Assembly (NCBI GenBank): GCA_016867455.1
Contig: VGJJ01000001.1
Location: 3,337 to 67,336, forward strand
Direction of reading: 5' to 3'
Source: Candidatus Iainarchaeum sp.
GTDB taxonomy: Archaea; Iainarchaeota; Iainarchaeia; Iainarchaeales; VGJJ01
Length of the DNA stretch: 64,000 nt
The notes below the pieces were generated by a model. The model did not search any database. It was not told where the DNA came from and saw only the letters and a program-made list of their open reading frames with translations. Positions 17,880 to 24,422 of the stretch are shown here, in pieces. The translations under genes and the position numbers were made by a program. The first letter of the stretch is position 1. Every line of letters begins with the position of its first letter.

Positions 17880-17995
17880 CCTATCGAGCGCAAGCGAAGA
17901 TAGTCCGTCAACCTTTTAGCAAAAGGTTGATCAAAAGAGTGCCTACCACCGCAACGCGGTTGGTAGTCCGTTAGCGTCAACCGATAATGCGGTTG
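17880..17995 (-). repeat. Multi-hairpin cassette (inverted) immediately upstream of tRNA-Ser
   Basis: Minus strand reads GGACTACCAACCGC-GTT-GCGGTGGTAGG...TTTTGATCAACCTTTT-GCT-AAAAGGTTGA (core at 17908-17936). Confidence 0.75.
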
Positions 17996-17997
17996 TT

Positions 17998-18080
17998 GCG
18001 GAGTTGGCAGAGCGGTCAAATGCACTGGTCTCGAAAACCAGGGCCTCACGGCTACGAGAGTTCGAATCCCTCACTCCGCG
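17998..18080 (+). tRNA. tRNA-Ser(CGA)
   Basis: Acceptor GCGGAGT/ACTCCGC plus discriminator G; anticodon arm CTGGT-CTCGAAA-ACCAG; long variable arm; TTCGAAT loop; no encoded CCA. Confidence 0.93.
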
Positions 18081-18217
18081 CTTCGCGCCATTATCCATCT
18101 GGCGGGTCGGTATAGAGGTATCGCAGCGCGATACCTCGGCTGAACGTTTCTTTTTGACCGCGCACCACTTTTTCTCACTCAAAGAAAAAGGGGCGCTTCT
18201 GAATCCCTCACTCCGCG
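18064..18217 (+). repeat. 17-bp direct repeat of the tRNA-Ser 3' end enclosing a 120-bp three-hairpin cassette
   Basis: GAATCCCTCACTCCGCG at 18064-18080 and 18201-18217. Confidence 0.88.
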
Positions 18218-18253
18218 TCCAATTTACCATCATTTAATGAGACAAAATCAAAA

Positions 18254-18595
18254 CTAATCGTCTTCTACTTCTATTTTTAGTCCGCCCACCATTTTGGCGA
18301 CGGCGTTATACACTAATGCAACGAGTGCGCCGGAAATGAATCCGGTGACAATTCCTAAAACCAAGAAAAATAACAATCCAATGAATCCCAATTGCTGCGT
18401 TTTCTCTATCAAATCAATGGGAGTGCCGGAGAGTGTTTGCAAGTATCCCGATACAATTCCCGATGTGAGTAAGGAAAGTATTCCCATGAGCAGTCCCATC
18501 ACGAATCCAAAGATGGCATTTACTTTTCCCAGCATGAGGGGGTCGACGTGATGGATGGTTAATCGTTTGCTCGTCATGCGCAACACCGCATTCAT
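18254..18595 (-). CDS. Small two-TM membrane protein (DUF3566-like)
   Basis: I.HVDPL..GK......G...G and GFISGALVALVYNAVAKMVGGLKIEVE pattern. Confidence 0.7.
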   Translation of the reverse strand: MNAVLRMTSKRLTIHHVDPLMLGKVNAIFGFVMGLLMGILSLLTSGIVSGYLQTLSGTPIDLIEKTQQLGFIGLLFFLVLGIVTGFISGALVALVYNAVAKMVGGLKIEVEDD

Positions 18596-18663
18596 TAGTC
18601 CAAAAATCGGGTGTTAATAAAGGTGAGTGCACGTGGGAAAGAATTTCTGTCGAAAACGACTCA

Positions 18664-18990
18664 TTATGCTTCCGCAAAAGCAGAACATTTTTCTAGTTTT
18701 TTCGTGAGTTGAGTGAAGAGCTTTTTGGCATCCTTTTCCACGTTCAGGTTTTTGAACAAAAATCTCCCGGAGGGGTATAAACTCACGCGTATTCCTTGGA
18801 AATGAAACACTAATACAAAAGCCGTTTTCACATCAAACATTAATCCTTCGTCCGCAAGTTGATTCCCCAATGTTGTGAGATTTAGTTTCAAGTTTGGTTG
18901 CGTGAAAAATTCGTATGAGACGTTGGATTCGCATAGCCTTCCTTGGTAGTATTTTCGAGACATTTTTTCACGACACTGATTATTTTTCAA
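18664..18990 (-). CDS. Small hypothetical protein (TBP-like alpha/beta fold suspected)
   Basis: LNL..L...L, VSLYPSGRFLFK, EKDAKKL pattern; co-oriented downstream of the ATPase. Confidence 0.5.
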   Translation of the reverse strand: MKNNQCREKMSRKYYQGRLCESNVSYEFFTQPNLKLNLTTLGNQLADEGLMFDVKTAFVLVFHFQGIRVSLYPSGRFLFKNLNVEKDAKKLFTQLTKKLEKCSAFAEA

Positions 18991-19008
18991 TGAATTTTTG
19001 CAACACGA

Positions 19009-21972
19009 TTATTCATTCAGAATAGTTCCCGTGTATCCGTCCATTTTCACGATGCGGTGTTCGCCCGTTTTCGTGTTAATTAATAATCCTTCAAACAAGG
19101 GTCGATAAATTTCTTTCACGGTATTCACCACTACATTCGGCCACAAATTAGTAAGGAGTGCGTGGAGTTGTTCTTCGGAATATTTTGGAATGGATTTGGC
19201 AATGTTTGTCACGTGCACGAGTTTGAGTGCTTGCAATGAAGATAATTGCTTCTCCCCTCCCGAGAAGGGGATGTCCAAGTCCTTTGCAATGACAAATGTG
19301 GGGAGCGTGTTTTCGTTCAACACGCGAATCATTCCTCGATCACGCAGTTTGACGAGAGAGCGCTTCACGGTCTTTTCATCTAGTCCTGTTTTCTTTTGGA
19401 GGTTGGCAATGGTTTGTCCCCCCATGCGTATCATGCGTAAAACGTGCTGGTCATTCGTGGAGAGTCCGGCCAGTGCTTGCAACCCATTCGATGTCACGAA
19501 TTGGTTGTTCAAGTAATGCAAAAATTCTCCTTTTTCGGCGTCAATGAAGCATTCTCGTACGACATAGGATGTTTTTCCGGTGAATTGCCGGTATTGGACT
19601 TTCCATATGGGAACATACGATAGAGTGACTTCTTTGAGTTGCTCGGCGGGTTTTCCTATTCCTAATAATGTTTTTTTGCTTGCTTTCAAAAATCGTTGAA
19701 CGATTTCCTCACGTGAATACGGAACGGGGAATGCGGACAAGTCCGTGTCCTCATTTATAGAGGGAAGTTCGACGAGTTTAGCGAGGTTTTCAACTTTTTG
19801 CACCGCGGCTAACTCGGCTTCGGGCAATGGTTGAGTGTGCTTATCTTTTTCTTTTTTGGAAATGACTTCCACAAAGTTGGGGGATTTTACGGCTTCTGTT
19901 TTCGGGTCGATGCGTGCTCCGCGTGCTTCCATTTCGTCTAATATACTAGATAGGAGCATTTTTTGTCCGTATTTTTGGTTGAGCATTCCCATGACTTGTT
20001 CAATCGTTTCCTTATCTAACATTCCTTCTTTTTCTAATTTGGACATGAGTAAGGATACACACAGCATGCGGGCTTCTTTTTCGCTCATGGATTTTTTACG
20101 CTCTCCCGTTTCCGCATCCCTTCCTTCGTGTTGGGACATGCGTGGACGAATTTTGAGTACGAATGCGCGGTTGGTTTCCTCGCGGCGGTCTCCCACGAGA
20201 GCCGTTCCCACGGGGAGCGTTTTCAAAAAGTGGGGGTGTTTGTATTTCATGGGAATAATGGTTGGCGTGCGTTTGGTTACGGCTTTAATGTCATCATCAA
20301 AAATGAGTTTGTGCGAGAGAATAATATCCAATTGACTCAAAACACGGGTGTCAATCGCGGATGGTTGCTGCGTGGCAAACACGAGTGAACAGCCTGGTCG
20401 GCGTCCCTGCTTTACGTATTCAACAATTGCTGTCGTCGCAGGAGTAGAAACATTCCCCCCCGGAATGAGGGTGTGGGCTTCATCAATGAACAACCACGTG
20501 GGAGGGATTTCGTTTTCCATGAGACTCTCAACGGATTTTTCCATGGGTTCGTTCGCGGCTTCTTTGCGTGTTTGAATTTTTCGCGCCGCCAAAAGTCTTC
20601 GTGCGAGAATTCCAATAACGAGTGCAGTCACCGTGTCATCCAAAAAACTCGTGTCAATAACCGTGAGTTGTCCCGCGCGGGATATTTCACTTAATGGGGT
20701 TCCTTTGTCAGAGAATATTCCCCATCCCTTGGCGGCTTCAAATCGTGAAACGAGGGCGCGCACACTGTCTGTTTTGTATCCTTTTTCTTTGGAATTTAAT
20801 TCGGTATCATTTTCTAAGCACGCAACGAGTTCGTTGAGCGTGTACGCGTCTTTTTTTCCTTTGATGGTTTCTCCGCCAGTACTGCGATATCCTTTTTCTA
20901 ATTTCTTGAGGGCTTTTTCTAATAGTAATCCCGTGGGAGAGAATCGTTCAATTCCAAATGTTAGACACCAATCCTCACTCGTGAGTAGTGAAGGGGGAAC
21001 GGAGAATAATGCATCATACGTTGAGCGGGGGGTTTCGCTTTTCATTCCTTCGGGGATGAACACGCGCATGTTTTCTAACCCTTGCGGCATGAGTTCATAG
21101 TGCGGGAGTTCTTTCACTTCTTTTTCTTCCTTGTTGGGATAGCGCATGGACCAGAATACTCCCACGGGGTCAACCACTACAATTCCCACGTTCGTGTTGT
21201 GCAATGCTAATTCTTCCGCGAGCACTCCTAACAAGTATGATTTTCCGCTTCCGCGTGAACCGCATGTGAAAATAACATGTGGGTTGAGTGAGTCCACGTA
21301 CAATTTGAAGGCGCGATAACGCTCATCATCTTGTACTTTTCCCACGTACAACGCGCCATCCAATCCTGATTTTTGCATGACGCTGCGTTTTCGTCCAATG
21401 AAAATGGCTTTCTTTTTTTCATCTTCTAATAAGGATAATTTGAGCACGCTCGCGGGTTCCTCTAATGCATGTCCTCTTGTTTTGAGTAAAATGTTTTGTT
21501 TGATTTGTTCACGTGAAACCGCATGCTCATCCACTCCCTCCACGGGTTCAATGGGTGGACGCTCAACGAGAGTATGTTTGGCAGAAACTCCTTCGGAATG
21601 AATTCCTTCTTCTTGGATCCCATGTTCAAACAAAAAATCATCTTCATCCATGGGGGGCATTTCTCCTTCTTCTACGGACGAGGAATGAGCCGAGGCGCGC
21701 GTATCTTCGTGTGAGTGTGTTTCCATTTCTTCTTCGCTTTCACTTGTTGCGCGTCCTTTCTTTTTGCGCAAGGGAATCATGCGTGAATTTTCTTCCGTGT
21801 CGGCAGACAAATCATCGTCCAAATTTGTGCGTTTTTCTTCGTCGTTGTTTGGTGGAGTTTCTTCCCCTTTTTCTTCAGCATCCCCTTCGCGCTCCACATC
21901 TTGCATAATCTTATCAAAGGGGTCCTGGTGCCCTTTTTCCACGTGAACACGGGGCTTTTTTTCTTCACTCAT
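19009..21972 (-). CDS. HerA/FtsK-superfamily (DUF87-like) ATPase with acidic N-terminal extension and C-terminal wHTH-containing region
   Basis: Walker A GSRGSGKS, VVVDPVG, Walker B LFIDEAH, VKQGRRPG, FATQQPS, KIRPR; ATG at 21972 (MSEEKK) preferred. Confidence 0.85.
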   Translation of the reverse strand: MSEEKKPRVHVEKGHQDPFDKIMQDVEREGDAEEKGEETPPNNDEEKRTNLDDDLSADTEENSRMIPLRKKKGRATSESEEEMETHSHEDTRASAHSSSVEEGEMPPMDEDDFLFEHGIQEEGIHSEGVSAKHTLVERPPIEPVEGVDEHAVSREQIKQNILLKTRGHALEEPASVLKLSLLEDEKKKAIFIGRKRSVMQKSGLDGALYVGKVQDDERYRAFKLYVDSLNPHVIFTCGSRGSGKSYLLGVLAEELALHNTNVGIVVVDPVGVFWSMRYPNKEEKEVKELPHYELMPQGLENMRVFIPEGMKSETPRSTYDALFSVPPSLLTSEDWCLTFGIERFSPTGLLLEKALKKLEKGYRSTGGETIKGKKDAYTLNELVACLENDTELNSKEKGYKTDSVRALVSRFEAAKGWGIFSDKGTPLSEISRAGQLTVIDTSFLDDTVTALVIGILARRLLAARKIQTRKEAANEPMEKSVESLMENEIPPTWLFIDEAHTLIPGGNVSTPATTAIVEYVKQGRRPGCSLVFATQQPSAIDTRVLSQLDIILSHKLIFDDDIKAVTKRTPTIIPMKYKHPHFLKTLPVGTALVGDRREETNRAFVLKIRPRMSQHEGRDAETGERKKSMSEKEARMLCVSLLMSKLEKEGMLDKETIEQVMGMLNQKYGQKMLLSSILDEMEARGARIDPKTEAVKSPNFVEVISKKEKDKHTQPLPEAELAAVQKVENLAKLVELPSINEDTDLSAFPVPYSREEIVQRFLKASKKTLLGIGKPAEQLKEVTLSYVPIWKVQYRQFTGKTSYVVRECFIDAEKGEFLHYLNNQFVTSNGLQALAGLSTNDQHVLRMIRMGGQTIANLQKKTGLDEKTVKRSLVKLRDRGMIRVLNENTLPTFVIAKDLDIPFSGGEKQLSSLQALKLVHVTNIAKSIPKYSEEQLHALLTNLWPNVVVNTVKEIYRPLFEGLLINTKTGEHRIVKMDGYTGTILNE

Positions 21973-22038
21973 GGGTGGAACTACGTTTTTGGACTTATAA
22001 TCCTTGTCCACCCCTCCCAACACCCATAAAAACAAGGA

Positions 22039-22518
22039 ATGGGTTCCTTTCTCGTGAAAAAGCACCCCAGACCCTCATCACAATCCCCTCGTGCGTCCCC
22101 CGCACATGCTCATACGACTGCGCATCACACGCATTCTCCCATGTTTTATGCGTGGGAATTGATTACACTATCCTGCGTCTTCTTTGTTGCCGAAGCATTT
22201 TTTGGACACCCCTTCATTCACGTGGATACGGAAACCGAACACATCCTCGAACTCGCCGTGGAAGGGGCGGAAGTCATTCTCATTGCCGAAGTCGCATTAT
22301 TATTAATCGTCGCACGCGACAAAGTTTCTCATATCAAACGAAATTGGTGCAATATCCTCGCGGTTGCTCCCGCGGGGGGAAGTTTACGCATAGTTACCAT
22401 CATTAAAATTACCTGGCACGCTTTTGAAAAAACACGATTGGGTCACTTTTTCAAACACCCCATTCAATACTCGCGGCGCTGGATACGGGTAAAATTAGGC
22501 CTCCGTCCCCTGGCTTGA
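22039..22518 (+). CDS. Small membrane protein resembling a stand-alone ion-channel S1-S4 segment
   Basis: E.ALLLIVARDK..HIKRNW.NILAV.P...LR pattern; His-rich N-terminus. Confidence 0.5.
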   Translation: MGSFLVKKHPRPSSQSPRASPAHAHTTAHHTHSPMFYAWELITLSCVFFVAEAFFGHPFIHVDTETEHILELAVEGAEVILIAEVALLLIVARDKVSHIKRNWCNILAVAPAGGSLRIVTIIKITWHAFEKTRLGHFFKHPIQYSRRWIRVKLGLRPLA

Positions 22519-22522
22519 ACCG

Positions 22523-22530
22523 TTTTTAAA
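22523..22530 (+). promoter_or_regulatory. Putative TATA box for the cassette plus tRNA-Ala transcript
   Basis: TTTTTAAA about 27 nt before the first cassette hairpin. Confidence 0.4.
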
Positions 22531-22556
22531 CGCACCCACTCAAGAATGATATACCA

Positions 22557-22652
22557 GGCCAGTTTCGGCTGGCCGCAGCGAGAGACTACTTATAAGGGAT
22601 TGCACGCAATCCCTTGAGGTAGGCTTTTGATCAAACTTTTTCAAAAAGTTTG
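22557..22652 (+). repeat. Multi-hairpin cassette abutting the tRNA-Ala 5' end
   Basis: GGCCAG-TTTCGG-CTGGCC, AGACTACT, AAGGGATTGC-AC-GCAATCCCTT, GGTAGG, TTTTGATCAAACTTTTT-C-AAAAAGTTTG. Confidence 0.85.
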
Positions 22653-22723
22653 GGCAAGTAGCGCAACGGTAGCGCGTCCGCTTCGCATGCGGGAGGCTGG
22701 GGGTTCGAATCCCCCCTTGTCCA
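22652..22723 (+). tRNA. tRNA-Ala(CGC)
   Basis: Acceptor GGGCAAG/CTTGTCC with G3:U70 and discriminator A; D-arm GCGC/GCGC; anticodon loop TTCGCAT; T-arm GGGGG-TTCGAAT-CCCCC. Confidence 0.95.
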
Positions 22724-23170
22724 TCGCCCATTCCGTAGGGCGAATCCGGTATAGTGGGATAGCAGAGCTATCCCACGTCTTTTGATCAAACTTTTAGAAA
22801 AAGTTTGTTTGATTTCCCCCTTGTCCATGGCCTGTTTCGGAACCCTTTAGTAAAGGGTTCATCGAAATTTTGATCGAACTTTTTTCAAAAGTTCGGCAGG
22901 CCGCCTCGAGAAACGGGTTATCGTTTCACGATAACCCCTATTTTTCTTTTGACTCCGAATTACTTTTCTTTTATCAAAAGAAAAGGAACTCTTCTGATTT
23001 CCCCCTTGTCCATCGCCCATTCCGTAGGGCGAATCCGGTATAGTGGGATAGCAGAGCTATCCCACGTCTTTTGATCAAACTTTTAGAAAAAGTTTGTTTG
23101 ATTTCCCCCTTGTCCATGGCCGCTAACCTGCGGCCGTGCGGAAGTTAGGGAAACATGAATGTTCCCTAGA
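22712..23170 (+). repeat. Tandem array: four copies of the tRNA-Ala 3' end (CCCCCTTGTCCAT) separating hairpin cassettes
   Basis: Copies at 22712-22724, 22816-22828, 23001-23013 and 23105-23117; periods 104/185/104; units 1 and 3 identical; partial cassette after the last copy. Confidence 0.92.
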
Positions 23171-23220
23171 CAAACTATTTTTCGCCAACCATTTTTATAG
23201 TGCAATTCACTCGTACACGC

Positions 23221-23778
23221 ATGCATTTCCCTATTCGCTTGCTCATTGGTCTTGTTTTCTTGGTGATGATTTCACCAACGATTTTTGCGGCAGATGTTTA
23301 CATTCTTCGCGCTATCACAGTCCCCCAAACGTATTTGACGGGATATGTGGATGTGGAGATTACGATTGAAAATGTGCAATTCAATCAACAAGGATATGGT
23401 GCTGCATCCTCGGGCAATCAATTGATCCATACCTCGATTCGAAATGACAAAGGGCAATTTCTCCCAGGTTTTGATGACTATCAAACATCTATCCCATTGC
23501 CCGCCGCAATAAATGTGATCAACGTGACAATTCCCCAATCTTCATTGAACGCGGGGGAAATATACACTATTCAAGCGAGTATTGATCCATACAATCCAAA
23601 TGGAACAACATACGATGAAACCACTAAAGGAAATAATTCCGCACGCAAGACATTTACCGTATTAAAAGCTCCGCAAACGTATCAAGTTCCCGACATGCCA
23701 TTCGAATTATCCTTCGCGGGCATGTTGCTCGTGTTGAGCGGATTATTTTATTATGGTCGAGTGAAAAAAAATAATTAA
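23221..23778 (+). CDS. Secreted CARDB/Ig-like protein with C-terminal membrane anchor
   Basis: Signal peptide; YTIQASIDP....DETTKGNNSA; C-terminal VPDMP + TM + basic tail RVKK. Confidence 0.7.
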   Translation: MHFPIRLLIGLVFLVMISPTIFAADVYILRAITVPQTYLTGYVDVEITIENVQFNQQGYGAASSGNQLIHTSIRNDKGQFLPGFDDYQTSIPLPAAINVINVTIPQSSLNAGEIYTIQASIDPYNPNGTTYDETTKGNNSARKTFTVLKAPQTYQVPDMPFELSFAGMLLVLSGLFYYGRVKKNN

Positions 23779-23802
23779 TTATCTCGACCAAGCAAAATTA
23801 AA

Positions 23803-23897
23803 CTAACTAATTTTCTTGCCGGTTCTGCCAAACAAACTTTTTAGAAAAAGTTTGATCAAAAATACTAAATAATTTTCTTGCCAGTTTTGTCAAACAA
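23803..23897 (-). repeat. 33-bp imperfect duplication of the ferredoxin 3' end enclosing the core palindrome
   Basis: 23865-23897 vs 23803-23835, 29/33 identical; core TTTTTGATCAAACTTTTT-CT-AAAAAGTTTG at 23833-23862 on the minus strand. Confidence 0.85.
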
Positions 23898-24131
23898 GTG
23901 AATCACATTCACGGGGCAAGAGTCCGCGGCTTCCTTGTTGGGAGTATACTGTGCTTGGGCAATGTCTCTTTGTTCACCATCTTCTCCGCTTTCGAGTTTG
24001 ATGTGAATGGATCCCTTCAAGTTGCTCTTTCCATCCACGGGGGACATTTCCCAATAATCCGGTGCCACGGCTGCGCAGGCCCCGCATCCAATACAATTGG
24101 GTCGGTCGTGTTTGATTTGATAGTCGGGCAT
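23865..24131 (-). CDS. Single-cluster ferredoxin
   Basis: CIGCGACAAVAP...AADSCPVNVI; GAGGTG SD-like sequence before ATG at 24131. Confidence 0.92.
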   Translation of the reverse strand: MPDYQIKHDRPNCIGCGACAAVAPDYWEMSPVDGKSNLKGSIHIKLESGEDGEQRDIAQAQYTPNKEAADSCPVNVIHLFDKTGKKII

Positions 24132-24254
24132 AGGATATTCCACCTCAATTCGGAATGGTTATACTAAAAACGCGCAAAAAGTAATTTTAAAGGTATAGGA
24201 ACAAATCACGAAAATCCCTCCCATTAGCGAAATTACGGGCGTTTATGTTTTCAG

Positions 24255-24261
24255 TTTATAA
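24255..24261 (+). promoter_or_regulatory. Putative TATA box of tRNA-Gln
   Basis: TTTATAA about 30 nt upstream of the tRNA 5' end. Confidence 0.45.
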
Positions 24262-24290
24262 CGGTTTTCCGACCGTGATTGTAGTGAAAT

Positions 24291-24363
24291 AGCCCCATCG
24301 TCTAGTGGTCAAGGATATGGGACTCTGACTCCCAGGACCTGCGTTCGAATCGCAGTGGGGCTA
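24291..24363 (+). tRNA. tRNA-Gln(CTG)
   Basis: Acceptor AGCCCCA/TGGGGCT (archaeal A1:U72); anticodon arm TGGGA-CTCTGAC-TCCCA; T-arm CTGCG-TTCGAAT-CGCAG. Confidence 0.95.
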
Positions 24364-24422
24364 TTTTTATTTTCACGCCACCCATTAAATACTAGAAAAT
24401 CGTTAATCACGTCCGGATACGC

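Noticed and set aside
18056-18072. A-C mismatch in the tRNA-Ser T-stem suggesting a pseudo-tRNA
   Set aside because: A single mismatch with all other arms intact is tolerated; not enough to call a pseudogene
17828-18237. Short ORFs over tRNA-Ser and its cassettes (also 22540-22828 over tRNA-Ala and 12303-12627)
   Set aside because: They overlap tRNAs and palindromic repeats and have no protein-like features
22712-23117. CRISPR array interpretation of the tRNA-Ala repeats
   Set aside because: Repeats are only 13-19 nt and equal the tRNA tail, spacers are long, unequal, structured and partly identical, and no cas genes are in the window
18064-23117. Prophage or genomic island bounded by tRNA att sites
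   Set aside because: The direct repeats enclose only 90-170 bp of non-coding DNA; no integrase or viral genes seen
23803-23897. Diversity-generating retroelement TR/VR pair
   Set aside because: Only 33 bp, mismatches are not confined to adenines, and no reverse transcriptase is in the window
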